Below, in pieces: positions 19,342 through 28,632 of a DNA stretch of 64,000 nucleotides. Origin of the DNA: a virus (lineage: Duplodnaviria > Caudoviricetes); IMG/VR virus record IMGVR_UViG_3300037467_003067, positions 234,604-298,603 of that record; one strand, given 5' to 3'. Both the position numbers and the translations under genes were made by a program. The notes below the pieces were generated by a model that was not told the DNA's origin, searched no databases, and saw nothing but the letters and a program-made list of their open reading frames with translations. Position 1 is the stretch's first letter; every line of letters begins with the position of its first letter.

Positions 19342-19409
19342 ATCAATATGACTAAATACAAAGCCATGAAAATGATTTAGAATTTAACATAAAATAAGGG
19401 AGGTAAGCT

Positions 19410-19799
19410 ATGGTGAAGGTTAATGAATTATTCTCACAGGTTGCCTCCAAAACGACGCATTTTGCTGGTAGTCATTTCGCCTTTCTTGGTGCCTCCATAT
19501 CGATTATAATCTGGCTCGGATTCGGACCAGCTTACCACTGGTCCGACAGCTACCAATTGGTAGCGAATTCTGGGACCACAATCATCACCTATCTCATGGT
19601 CTTCCTGATTCAGAACACCCAGAATCGGGAGAATCGCATTCAGCAACTAAAACTTGACGCGATCCTGTGCGCCCTCAAGGACGCCGACCATCGCCTGGTC
19701 GGCAGTGAAGACCTTTCGGAGAGCGATCTCGCAGAGATCGACCAATTTTATCGCGATATCGCCGAGAGAATTCGCGATAAAATTGACCTTAACAAATAA
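19410..19799 (+). CDS. Low-affinity iron permease (Fet4-like) family protein
   Basis: WLGFGP..HWSDSYQLVANSGTTIITYLMVFLIQNTQNR...QLKLD. Confidence 0.88.
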   Translation: MVKVNELFSQVASKTTHFAGSHFAFLGASISIIIWLGFGPAYHWSDSYQLVANSGTTIITYLMVFLIQNTQNRENRIQQLKLDAILCALKDADHRLVGSEDLSESDLAEIDQFYRDIAERIRDKIDLNK

Positions 19800-19824
19800 T
19801 CAAATTGTAGTATAATGTTTTTTC

Positions 19825-20067
19825 ATGGAGGGAAATGACATGGTGACGATACTTGGAGCTTTTCTTCTTTATGTAATTTCATCCTATGTAATCGGTTATT
19901 TTGTGGCTAAGCGGCTTTACCAGAAACATCTCTTGGTAGATGCTGATGATGTGACGGATTTCTTGACCTGGGCACCTCTCAGCGCATGGATTGGGCTTGC
20001 TGTCCTAATTTCTGATAAGTTTAAGGATTTTATAACTCCCAATGTCGATAATTGGAAGCGAGATTAA
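19825..20067 (+). CDS. Small membrane protein
   Basis: Two hydrophobic segments; TATAAT just upstream. Confidence 0.6.
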   Translation: MEGNDMVTILGAFLLYVISSYVIGYFVAKRLYQKHLLVDADDVTDFLTWAPLSAWIGLAVLISDKFKDFITPNVDNWKRD

Positions 20068-20567
20068 TGACATATTTTAATTATGTGCTTGCTGGAGTCT
20101 TCGGTAGGTACCGGCATAAGATGCTCTTCATCGAGAAGGACCGTCCCAAGAGCCAAGCCGGGCGGATCAACCTGCCCGGTGGCAAGATCGACCCCACCGA
20201 CGCCTCTCCCGAAGATGCGATTCGCCGCGAGCTCAAGGAAGAATGTGGCATCGACCAGTTGGATTCCCTGAACTATCTGGGACGGATTACGGGGCGTTGG
20301 ACCGAAGATACGGCTTATAACATCCACTGCTTTAATGCTAGTATTGCATCCTACAGCAACGACTTCGAGATCAAGCCTCGGGAGGGCGAGACCGAACGGG
20401 TTTTCTGGGAATGTACCCGACTCCCTCAGGTTGACCCCCGATGCCTCCCCAACCTCAGGCTGATCGTGCCGCTGATGAAGGCGGGTGCGTCGAATTGGGT
20501 CATCACGGACGAGAACGACGGGTTCAATGTCCGACCTTATTCTGTGGAATTTAGATTAGAAAGCTAA
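20067..20567 (+). CDS. Nudix hydrolase
   Basis: Nudix box GGKIDPTDASPEDAIRRELKEECGI. Confidence 0.88.
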   Translation: MTYFNYVLAGVFGRYRHKMLFIEKDRPKSQAGRINLPGGKIDPTDASPEDAIRRELKEECGIDQLDSLNYLGRITGRWTEDTAYNIHCFNASIASYSNDFEIKPREGETERVFWECTRLPQVDPRCLPNLRLIVPLMKAGASNWVITDENDGFNVRPYSVEFRLES

Positions 20568-20568
20568 A

Positions 20569-20847
20569 ATGAGTAAAGCTGAGTGTCGGTTAGATGAAGA
20601 GCTTTTTTATGATGTAGAAATTCCTCTTGTAGAAGCATTCAGAGAGATATTTTGTGGGAAATATGTAGATTGCGATAGCGAAGGATGGGATAACAACGAA
20701 TTTAACGCTGTTTTATCTCTTCCCTTGGAAGGTGTTCGCCCTGAAGAATATTTAGAAGCCATGGACCTCATCAGGGAAATGGGTCCTGTGTCTTTTAATT
20801 GGGAAGTGGGTGATGACGACCAGGTTTTGGTGGCAATTGGATTCTAA
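20569..20847 (+). CDS. Acidic hypothetical protein
   Basis: ORF within operon. Confidence 0.65.
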   Translation: MSKAECRLDEELFYDVEIPLVEAFREIFCGKYVDCDSEGWDNNEFNAVLSLPLEGVRPEEYLEAMDLIREMGPVSFNWEVGDDDQVLVAIGF

Positions 20848-20849
20848 TT

Positions 20850-21395
20850 ATGTCTGAAATAAATACATTGGATGAGTATCAGCAGGAAGCATTGAAGACC
20901 GCGATGTTCGGTCCCGTCGACCATCCTTCCGTCCCTTACCTCATGCTTTGCTTTGATTCGATGGGCAAGATCGCAGAGAAAGCCAAGAAGGCTTTTCGCG
21001 ACAAGGGAGGTGTCTTCGATGATTTCGACAAGGAAACCATCAGAGATGATTTCGTGTCGATCGATTTTCAAGGTAGTATTGCTCGACATGAAATCAGCTA
21101 TGGGAAGCCAGGCTCCTTTGAACCGAATTCGATCCTCTATCCCTTGTTCGGCTTGATCGGTGAGTCGGGAGAGGTTGCCGGAAAGCTCCTGAAACTGGTC
21201 ACGGGTAAGGACCGAAAATTGACGGATGAGGACAGGCTTGAGGTAGCTAAAGAATGCTCGGATGTGTTATGGTATATTTCTGCCCTTGCCAATGAACTTG
21301 GTTACAGCCTCAGTGATATTGCTGAGATCAATTTGACCAAACTTCGCTCACGACGTGAGCGGGGGACTATCCAAGGAAACGGGGATAATAGATGA
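20850..21395 (+). CDS. MazG-like nucleoside triphosphate pyrophosphohydrolase with internal duplication
   Basis: EYQQEA.KT, GLIGESGEVA, KECSDVLWY, NLTKL.SR..RG...G.GDNR. Confidence 0.85.
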   Translation: MSEINTLDEYQQEALKTAMFGPVDHPSVPYLMLCFDSMGKIAEKAKKAFRDKGGVFDDFDKETIRDDFVSIDFQGSIARHEISYGKPGSFEPNSILYPLFGLIGESGEVAGKLLKLVTGKDRKLTDEDRLEVAKECSDVLWYISALANELGYSLSDIAEINLTKLRSRRERGTIQGNGDNR

Positions 21396-21610
21396 CGACG
21401 ATGATTGCGAGTGTGGCGATTTTTTACGTGGTGTTGGCTCTTGCCGGAACCTTGTTCGGAAATACGGCGGCGACCTACTCACGCTCATTGGTCAATCCGA
21501 CCAAGTTGCAGCGGGTACATTTGTTTATGCTGGACGCCATCATGACGGCGTGGTTTTATTTGGTTTACGTTCCTGCCTCGTGGATCGTAGAATTCCATGA
21601 TCAACCCTGA
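21392..21610 (+). CDS. Small 2-TM membrane protein (paralog 1)
   Basis: FYVVL...W...VPASWIV. Confidence 0.6.
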   Translation: MTTMIASVAIFYVVLALAGTLFGNTAATYSRSLVNPTKLQRVHLFMLDAIMTAWFYLVYVPASWIVEFHDQP

Positions 21611-21625
21611 CCGGGAGCGAGTTCT

Positions 21626-21850
21626 ATGATCATATTTGCGATTCTGGCAGTCTTATATTTCCTGTTGGTGACTATAGGCACGTTCATTGTCTACGGGAGC
21701 CACGATTGGTTCAACTACGGCTTGGACCGAGATACATGGTGGAAGGTATCTATTCTGTATCCTATTGATGTCCTACGTCTTGTCTGGTTTTTCCTGGTTT
21801 TTGTTCCGGCATTATGGATCGTCCAAGAACGAAAGAGGCATGTTAAGTGA
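21626..21850 (+). CDS. Small 2-TM membrane protein (paralog 2)
   Basis: LYFLL...W...VPALWIV. Confidence 0.6.
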   Translation: MIIFAILAVLYFLLVTIGTFIVYGSHDWFNYGLDRDTWWKVSILYPIDVLRLVWFFLVFVPALWIVQERKRHVK

Positions 21851-22134
21851 TTAATATGATTTTTTATCTGATTATTTTCTACTTGTTCTTCGCCGTCGTT
21901 GTGAGGGTCGTCGGGGACTGGTTGGACAATATCCAACAATGGCTCATGTACGACCAAGATTATCTGGGAGATTGGCTGACCCTTTTCTTGGTTTATCTTA
22001 TCGAAGTGATCTTGAGCGCATGGGTCTATGCAGTTCTTCTGCCTGTTATTTGGGTTTTCGTAGGTGTCACAGAAACCGGACCTCGTATCTGGAGAAATAT
22101 AAGCGAAAGAATCAAGTCGTTATTTCGTAGCTGA
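21847..22134 (+). CDS. Small 2-TM membrane protein (paralog 3)
   Basis: FYLFF...W...LPVIWVF. Confidence 0.6.
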   Translation: MINMIFYLIIFYLFFAVVVRVVGDWLDNIQQWLMYDQDYLGDWLTLFLVYLIEVILSAWVYAVLLPVIWVFVGVTETGPRIWRNISERIKSLFRS

Positions 22135-22153
22135 CATCCTATGACATATACCG

Positions 22154-22189
22154 ACAGGAATCCAAGAATATTCTTGGATTCCTGTTTTT
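22154..22189 (+). terminator. Perfect 32-bp palindrome followed by T-run
   Basis: ACAGGAATCCAAGAAT|ATTCTTGGATTCCTGT then TTTT. Confidence 0.7.
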
Positions 22190-22272
22190 AAATAAAGCAG
22201 TTGATCTTGATGCGAATAACTAATTCCGTGTATTATAGAGCGATTAAGATAAAATAGGAAGTCGGTAAACTA

Positions 22273-23826
22273 ATGACGGAAGAGACCAAGCCAAAAACTG
22301 TAGTGACTCCGGAGCAACTCGCCGCATTCGAAGCCCTCCAGGACATCGACGACCATATCGGCACCACCAGCGCCGAAACGACTCAGCCCACACCGCAATT
22401 CGATTGGGGCGAAGACTATCAGCGTAGCCTCCTGGCGATGCTCATCGCTGATCGCACCTTCTTGCTCGAAAGCGTCGACCTTGTTCGTTATGACTATTTC
22501 ACGAACAAGGCACACAAGAAGATTGCCGAGATCCTGTTCGAGCATTTCAAGGAATATCGCAACATCCCGAGTCGATCCATTTTTATCAAGGAAATGCGTG
22601 ACCGATTCAAGGATGACGACACCAAATTCTTCTACTTGTCGGAATTACAACTTCTCTACGACAGCTACGAGCCGGGGATCGACAGCCGGGAGTACCACCG
22701 CAAGGAGATATTCAACTTCGCCAAGATGGTCGCCTTGAAGAAGGCGTTCCACAAGAGCATGGAGGAATTGAAGAAGAAGCCGGACGAGAACAACACCTGG
22801 ACAAAGATCGACAAGTGGCTCGACGAGGCTCGGGTTGTCGATATCCGCTTTGATACGGGTCTCGACTACTTCGGATCGCTCCTCGACCGCTACGTTCGGA
22901 TGCGGGCAGAGCGGGAAAATGCAGAGGTATTCACAACCGGGTTTAAGGACCTCGATGACGAATTGACCAGCGGCGGTGCAAGACGCGGCGAAATATACTC
23001 CTTCATGGGTCCTCCCGGCGTTGGCAAGTCCCTCTGCTTGGTCAAGACCGCCGTTGAGAACGTCAAGCTCAACAAGAAAGTCCTCTACATCTCGCTCGAA
23101 ATGAGCCAGGATGACATCGCGACCCGTTTCGACGCGCAGTTCGCCGACGTCAATATCAAGGCTCTGATCGATAATCAGGACACGATTTTCAGCACCCTGA
23201 ATACGTACACGGAGGACATGGACGACAAGCGATTGCTCCTGGTCAAGCAGTTCCCCTCGGGGACCGCCGACGTCAACACGATCCGTGCCTACCTCCAGCA
23301 GCTTCAGATGGTCGGCTGGGAACCCGATTTGCTCATCGTGGACTATGTCGGGGAAATGAAGGACCTTCCCGGCGTCCCGCTCTACGAATCTAGGGAGAAA
23401 TTGGTCAAGGATCTGCGTGGTCTCGCCGTCGAATACGACATTTGCCTGTTCACCGCGATGCAGCCGAACCGTGCCGCCAGGGAGGCGATGAAGGACGGCG
23501 GCGTGATCTCCGACGACAACCTCGGCGACTCCTACGGGCAGCTTCGTCCCCTCGATGGTCTGTACACGATCAATCAGACCGACGTTGAGAAGAAGGCGTG
23601 TGTGGCGAGGATCTACGTGGCGAAGCAGCGTGCTGGCAAGTCGAGGTTCACGTTCTTTGTCTCGGTGTCGCCGCTGACACTCAGGTTCGATTCGATCTCC
23701 GAGGCTCGGTATCGAGTCTACATGAGCAAGGAGACCGAGAAGGCGGCTGATGAGGTCAAGATGGATGATATCTTGGAAAGAAAAGTAACTCGATTTAAAC
23801 CACCGGAAGAGGAAGAAAGGGGCTGA
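22273..23826 (+). CDS. Replicative DnaB/T4 gp41-like helicase
   Basis: TGFKDLD, GPPGVGKS, YISLEMS, LIVDY, TAMQPNR, KQRAGK. Confidence 0.9.
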   Translation: MTEETKPKTVVTPEQLAAFEALQDIDDHIGTTSAETTQPTPQFDWGEDYQRSLLAMLIADRTFLLESVDLVRYDYFTNKAHKKIAEILFEHFKEYRNIPSRSIFIKEMRDRFKDDDTKFFYLSELQLLYDSYEPGIDSREYHRKEIFNFAKMVALKKAFHKSMEELKKKPDENNTWTKIDKWLDEARVVDIRFDTGLDYFGSLLDRYVRMRAERENAEVFTTGFKDLDDELTSGGARRGEIYSFMGPPGVGKSLCLVKTAVENVKLNKKVLYISLEMSQDDIATRFDAQFADVNIKALIDNQDTIFSTLNTYTEDMDDKRLLLVKQFPSGTADVNTIRAYLQQLQMVGWEPDLLIVDYVGEMKDLPGVPLYESREKLVKDLRGLAVEYDICLFTAMQPNRAAREAMKDGGVISDDNLGDSYGQLRPLDGLYTINQTDVEKKACVARIYVAKQRAGKSRFTFFVSVSPLTLRFDSISEARYRVYMSKETEKAADEVKMDDILERKVTRFKPPEEEERG

Positions 23827-23935
23827 CCAGATGGACGCGAAAGGCAAAGAACTTAATGAATGGTTCAGGAAGACGCCTGATTATTGATCAAGGGGTTTGG
23901 CATGATAGAACGGGTCGTGTTGCTGAAAAGTTGCA

Positions 23936-24628
23936 TCAAATACTCATGGTATTTGATGCAACTTTAAAACACCATTGTTTAAATTCTTCATTTAGCAAAT
24001 CTTGTTTCATTAAGTTTATATGTTTATGAACCCATTGAATGTTTGATTTATTATAACCGCCATCACTATCAATTCGGTCTACCGAGGCTGTTTGTAATGT
24101 TCTATAGTGCCTTGCTTGTGTAAGTGGAAAATCAATGGGTTCTCCGCTCAGGGCGCACTTTCTTTCCTGTGTAATATACAGATCCCAAAGTTCTTCTAAC
24201 GTGACGTCAAATTCAATCCCACGCTTTGATGCCTTTAACTGTAAACTTCGAAAATAACATCCCGGTATTTCCATAAATCCAGTTCTTTTAGGAGATGGAA
24301 CATTACGGGCGCAGCCACAAGAAGATATCGCTTCAGATCTAAGGTGTATTCCATTGACTACTTTCATAGATCCACACTTACATTGACAAAGCCAATAAGT
24401 AGTTTTTTTAATTGTATATTCATATTTTATAACTTCCAAGTTGCCTACAATTCTTCCTGTCAAATCAACTCTGGAGGGGCTGGGTCTGCTAGGCATTTCA
24501 ATGTTGTATTTGCGACAATATGTCCAAACATTAGATTGACTACACTCTAGCTCTGTGGCAATTTGTTTCTGTGTTTTTCCCATGTTTACTTGTTGTCGAA
24601 GATAGGATTCTTCAATTTTGGTCGCCAT
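23936..24628 (-). CDS. Homing-endonuclease-like protein (N-terminal HTH, zinc-binding C.C...SCGC, HNH-like C-terminus)
   Basis: DLTGRIVG..WLCQCKCG..SSCGC; CALSG..ASVDRIDS..GY..NIQWVH..N.MK; AT-rich, inverted in a + strand operon. Confidence 0.8.
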   Translation of the reverse strand: MATKIEESYLRQQVNMGKTQKQIATELECSQSNVWTYCRKYNIEMPSRPSPSRVDLTGRIVGNLEVIKYEYTIKKTTYWLCQCKCGSMKVVNGIHLRSEAISSCGCARNVPSPKRTGFMEIPGCYFRSLQLKASKRGIEFDVTLEELWDLYITQERKCALSGEPIDFPLTQARHYRTLQTASVDRIDSDGGYNKSNIQWVHKHINLMKQDLLNEEFKQWCFKVASNTMSI

Positions 24629-24712
24629 AGTATTTCCTTTATAATCGGTACATATCATATGAGTAATTGGCGTCATGTTATGATATCTAAATATTAGGAC
24701 AAGGTATAAAAT

Positions 24713-25198
24713 ATGATAGAGAAGATTACATCTGGATTTCAGAGCGGAGCAGATATTGCGGGAATTCGCACGGCACTCAAATTCGGAATCGCGACAGGCG
24801 GCTGGATGCCTCGGGGTTTCAAGACTCTGGACGGTCCAAGACCCAAGTATCAGTATTTCGGAGCCATGGAACACCGCTATGCGACCTATCCGCCGCGAAC
24901 CTTCGCCAACGTCAAGGACTCGGACGGCACCATGCGGTTCGCCGCGAATTGGGAATCACCGGGGGAGATATGTACCTTCAGGGCGATCCTCCAGTATGTC
25001 AGACCCTATTTTGATGTTGACCTGATCAACCTTGACCCTAAGTCCATGGATAAAGCCGTGACTTGGATTGAGGAAAATAATATCAAGATTCTGAACATCG
25101 CTGGAAATGCGGAGAAGACCCACAAGGGATGCGAGCAGAAGGTTAGTCTTTACTTGGAAAAGTTGTTCACGAGATTGGGACATGAGAAGATAATGTGA
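24713..25198 (+). CDS. Putative molybdenum-carrier / YpsA SLOG family protein
   Basis: SGFQSGAD, GGWMPRG, YPPRT..NV.DSDGT, LNIAG. Confidence 0.85.
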   Translation: MIEKITSGFQSGADIAGIRTALKFGIATGGWMPRGFKTLDGPRPKYQYFGAMEHRYATYPPRTFANVKDSDGTMRFAANWESPGEICTFRAILQYVRPYFDVDLINLDPKSMDKAVTWIEENNIKILNIAGNAEKTHKGCEQKVSLYLEKLFTRLGHEKIM

Positions 25199-25204
25199 AA
25201 TAGG

Positions 25205-25233
25205 TTTACAGATGACCCTGATTTTGGTATAGT
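25205..25233 (+). promoter_or_regulatory. sigma70-type promoter
   Basis: TTTACA-N17-TATAGT with extended -10 TG. Confidence 0.6.
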
Positions 25234-25272
25234 GTTGTCACCTGTGGTAACCTAATTAATCTAAGGAATAAA

Positions 25273-25788
25273 ATGTCGGAACCTAATTACGATAAGATTA
25301 AGATTGTGGTCGGTGGGGAGGAAGTGATTTTAGACCCTGAAAATCTCAAGTTCAACGAAGCCACCCTAAGCCGGTTCCTCGAAAACGAAGGAAGTTGGTA
25401 CGACTACTTCGGCAGGCACCTCGCCAACGCCGAGATCGAACTGGCGTCCTACAAGGAACTGTCCGAGGTCACCTATCTCCGCGCCTTCGACGGCTACAAG
25501 GCTGAAGGGTCGAGCGACAAGCGGGCTGAGGCACAGGCACGCATCGAGAACGCGGTGATCGACGCCCGGCAACGGGTCCTCGAAGCCGAGAAGAATGTGA
25601 AGTTGCTGAAGTCCCACCTGAGGTCTTTCGACCAGTCGCACAACAACTCGATTTCTCTGGGCTACACCCTTCGCAAGGAGATGGACAAGCTTCAGCCGAG
25701 GATCTACGGCGATACGACGGATACCAGTAGCAATGCTAGTTGTGATTACGAAGCCAAATTGGAACAGGTTATAAGGAATAGTAAATGA
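25273..25788 (+). CDS. Probable UvsY-like recombination mediator
   Basis: Helical coiled-coil protein of UvsY size; replication-gene context. Confidence 0.5.
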   Translation: MSEPNYDKIKIVVGGEEVILDPENLKFNEATLSRFLENEGSWYDYFGRHLANAEIELASYKELSEVTYLRAFDGYKAEGSSDKRAEAQARIENAVIDARQRVLEAEKNVKLLKSHLRSFDQSHNNSISLGYTLRKEMDKLQPRIYGDTTDTSSNASCDYEAKLEQVIRNSK

Positions 25789-25946
25789 TCTCACTCAGTA
25801 ATAGAGCATTGTTTTTCATTGGCTGGAGTGCCATATTTATCGCAGTGGTCTTGGCTAGACGTGGTTTCTCGTTGAATGTGATCTTGGGTTTGTTTTTGTT
25901 TTATTTCCTGACCTTCTTGGTCAGGATACTCCGTTACGATACATGA
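25785..25946 (+). CDS. 53-aa 2-TM membrane protein (not in ORF track)
   Basis: MISLSNRALFFIGWSAIFIAVVLARRGFSLNVILGLFLFYFLTFLVRILRYDT; ATGA overlaps at both ends. Confidence 0.6.
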   Translation: MISLSNRALFFIGWSAIFIAVVLARRGFSLNVILGLFLFYFLTFLVRILRYDT

Positions 25947-26782
25947 AGAGGAGGTGTGAGATCGGCTACCTAAAAATCCCAAACCTTTATCATCGCGCAG
26001 ACCTGCTTGAGTGCTATGCCCTTGAAAAATGTCATGGCACAAGCAGTCACATTCTTTATAAGAATGGCGAGTTGATTTTCTACGCGGGCGGTGCATCGCA
26101 CGCGGTCTTCGTGGCTCTCTTCGATGTCGAGGCACTGAAGGCATATTTTACGTCCAAGTTCCGTCCCGACCAAACAATCTTCGTCTACGGCGAGGCGTTC
26201 GGTGGCAGCATGCAGGGCATGTCGGCAGTCTACGGCAAGGAACTCCGGTTCATTGCGTTCGATGTCAAGATCGACGATGTCTGGCTCGATGTCCCCTCGG
26301 CTGCAGGCTTCGTTGAAGGTCTGGGACTCCAGTTCGTCCCTTATGAGCGGGGACCGATGACCGTGGAGTGGCTCGACGAGCAGCGAGATCGTCCGTCATT
26401 GGTCGCAGTGGTGGAGAACGCGACCCGAGAAGGGATCGTGATCCGCCCGATCTATGAGTCGACCACCAACGACGGCAAGCGGATCATCGCCAAGCACAAG
26501 CACCCCAAGTTCCGCGAGACCAAGACCGTGCGGGAAGTCGACCCCGCTAAGGCAGTCGTCCTCTCGGAAGCCAAGGAGGTTGCAGATGAATGGGTCGTGC
26601 CGATGAGGCTTGATCACGTCCTCCAACGGACTTCATATGGTGGTCCCCAAGACACGCATGCCGTGATCGTCGCCATGGTTGAGGATGTCAAGGCTGAGTC
26701 GGCGAACGAGATTGTTTGGTCCAAGGAAGTTGAACGAGCGATCGGCAGGGCAACCGTCGATCTGCTTCATAAGATTCGATAG
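25943..26782 (+). CDS. RNA ligase, Rnl2-like
   Basis: Motif I EKCHGT, VYGEAFG, FIAFDV, REGIVIRP, IAKHK. Confidence 0.85.
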   Translation: MKRRCEIGYLKIPNLYHRADLLECYALEKCHGTSSHILYKNGELIFYAGGASHAVFVALFDVEALKAYFTSKFRPDQTIFVYGEAFGGSMQGMSAVYGKELRFIAFDVKIDDVWLDVPSAAGFVEGLGLQFVPYERGPMTVEWLDEQRDRPSLVAVVENATREGIVIRPIYESTTNDGKRIIAKHKHPKFRETKTVREVDPAKAVVLSEAKEVADEWVVPMRLDHVLQRTSYGGPQDTHAVIVAMVEDVKAESANEIVWSKEVERAIGRATVDLLHKIR

Positions 26783-26817
26783 GAAATGTTCGCAAAAAAA
26801 CATAGATGTAAATTACA

Positions 26818-26840
26818 CCCCTAGACTTTTGGTCTAGGGG
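26818..26840. terminator. Hairpin, probable terminator
   Basis: CCCCTAGAC-TTTTG-GTCTAGGGG. Confidence 0.5.
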
Positions 26841-26873
26841 ATTTAAATAAGTAAAGTATCTTAGAGAAGATTA

Positions 26874-27494
26874 ATGATCGATCCTCGGAATATGACGCGG
26901 TATAACCAGAAAGATTGGGAACTTGAAGAGACCCTTTTGTTCTGCTGCTGCGTAGCTGGCAAGAACGCGGTTGTAACTGCGGAACGCCTCGATGGTTTCC
27001 TCAAATATTCACATCAATTATGCTACGGCAAGAGTAGCCAGCCTCCCCACTACAAACCCTTCTCCGTCCTGAGGAAACTGTTCGACTGGAACTACAATGT
27101 TCCGGAGATACTCAGGGATTGCGGTCTAGGTTGCTACAACCACCGCGCCCGAACCTTCAAGGCGATCATCGACAGCGACCTGGACCTCAGGAATTGCACC
27201 GTCGATGAACTGGAGAAAATCCCCGGCATCGGCATGAAGACCAGCCGGTTCTTCATCCTGCACAGCCGTGAAGGTGCTGAAGTCGCCATCATCGATACCC
27301 ACGTCCTGAAGCACCTGCGTCACGTGGGATACCCGATCCCTGAGAAGGTGACGTTGACCTCGAAAAGATACCGTCAATATGAGCAATGGTTCTTGACGAC
27401 CTGGAGGTCAGAGTCGACCTGTACTCTTGCCGAGTACGACCTTGCTGTGTGGAATTACTATGCCGGTCATGGTGCATTGGAGGATATATCATAG
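26874..27494 (+). CDS. HhH DNA glycosylase/AP lyase, 8-oxoguanine (Ogg)-like
   Basis: HhH LEKIPGIGMKTSRFF (catalytic Lys), IIDTHVL (Asp), YDLAVW. Confidence 0.75.
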   Translation: MIDPRNMTRYNQKDWELEETLLFCCCVAGKNAVVTAERLDGFLKYSHQLCYGKSSQPPHYKPFSVLRKLFDWNYNVPEILRDCGLGCYNHRARTFKAIIDSDLDLRNCTVDELEKIPGIGMKTSRFFILHSREGAEVAIIDTHVLKHLRHVGYPIPEKVTLTSKRYRQYEQWFLTTWRSESTCTLAEYDLAVWNYYAGHGALEDIS

Positions 27495-27805
27495 TGTCTA
27501 AATACGTAGTATTTGAGAGTAGTGGTGCGACCGAATTCACCGAATTCGTTTTATACGCTGATGGCTTGAAGGCGGCTGAAGGCGATGTCCTCGATATGCC
27601 AGACGAAGGATATTTCTCATATCCCTACAATCTAGTGACAGCATCCGACTTTGATCGGGTCAAGGAACATTTCGGAGGTTCTTTTCTTGAAGCCCTAGAA
27701 GAGATGCGATCAGCGTTGGCGAGCCTGAAGACTATTAGGGAGGCGTTGGAACGGCTGAAGAAGAATGCCATGTCCGACGAGGAAATCGAGGAATTTCTGA
27801 AATAA
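27494..27805 (+). CDS. Hypothetical protein
   Basis: GTG start overlapping the upstream stop; GGAGGA RBS. Confidence 0.6.
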   Translation: MSKYVVFESSGATEFTEFVLYADGLKAAEGDVLDMPDEGYFSYPYNLVTASDFDRVKEHFGGSFLEALEEMRSALASLKTIREALERLKKNAMSDEEIEEFLK

Positions 27806-27921
27806 TTTTGATTCTCCTTACTATATTATGATGTAATCACGTCGATTACAGCCTAATGCGGTGTAGTCCGGTTAGGTCGCCTTGTGCAATAGAGCAAAGG
27901 TTTTAGTTAGGAGAATTAAGT

Positions 27922-28461
27922 ATGTCAGATCTACGTAAGTACATTGCAAACCCTTCCCACGTCCTCAATGCGAAATCCCATCTTCGCGACAATTTATTCG
28001 GGCCGTTTGAGTCTGAATTTAATCGTTTCTTCGATGACTTCTTTTCTGTTCCCCGTAAACCGTCGAATGCTGGGTATCCCCGCGTCGATGTCTACGAACG
28101 CGGCAATGAATTCGTAGTCGAGTTCTCGATAGCGGGCGTCGACCCAGCCGATATCTCCGTGGAGATCGAAGACAAGCCGAGTGAATTCCGGTCTTACGGC
28201 AGCGAATACGCCAAGCTCCTCAAGGTTTCCGGCAAGATGTCCCAGGAGTTCGAGAATAAGGCTGACGCGAACTACCACGTCAAGGAACTGACCAGAAAGA
28301 GTTTCAGCCGATCGATGCTGTTGCCCGATCATTTGGTCGGAGATCCTAAGGCAACCCACAAGAACGGTATGCTGACTCTGACCTGGACGACCGTGTCGGC
28401 TACAGAAGAAGCCAAACCTCAGGTAAGGTCGATCCCGATTCTTACTGAGGAGAGCAAGTGA
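27922..28461 (+). CDS. Small heat shock protein Hsp20
   Basis: YPRVDVYE, AGVDP.DI.V, KSFSRS..LP, A..KNGMLTL. Confidence 0.9.
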   Translation: MSDLRKYIANPSHVLNAKSHLRDNLFGPFESEFNRFFDDFFSVPRKPSNAGYPRVDVYERGNEFVVEFSIAGVDPADISVEIEDKPSEFRSYGSEYAKLLKVSGKMSQEFENKADANYHVKELTRKSFSRSMLLPDHLVGDPKATHKNGMLTLTWTTVSATEEAKPQVRSIPILTEESK

Positions 28462-28632
28462 TCCCAACATTATCGGAAGTTTGCACCGCTCTTCAGGAGC
28501 GGTGCAATTCTTGGTGGCAAGAGCGGAGAAAAGGGGGATATTTGTTCATACGAGATGGATCGGTTGGGAGCGGACGGCACTTAAGTTATATCATTCAAAA
28601 TGCCAATTTGGTTGAAATTACTCTTTTAAAAT

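Noticed and set aside
25948-25963. Non-canonical ATC start for the RNA ligase after GAGGAGGT
   Set aside because: An in-frame ATG at 25943 overlaps the stop of an upstream 53-aa ORF, which is a simpler explanation; not fully excluded
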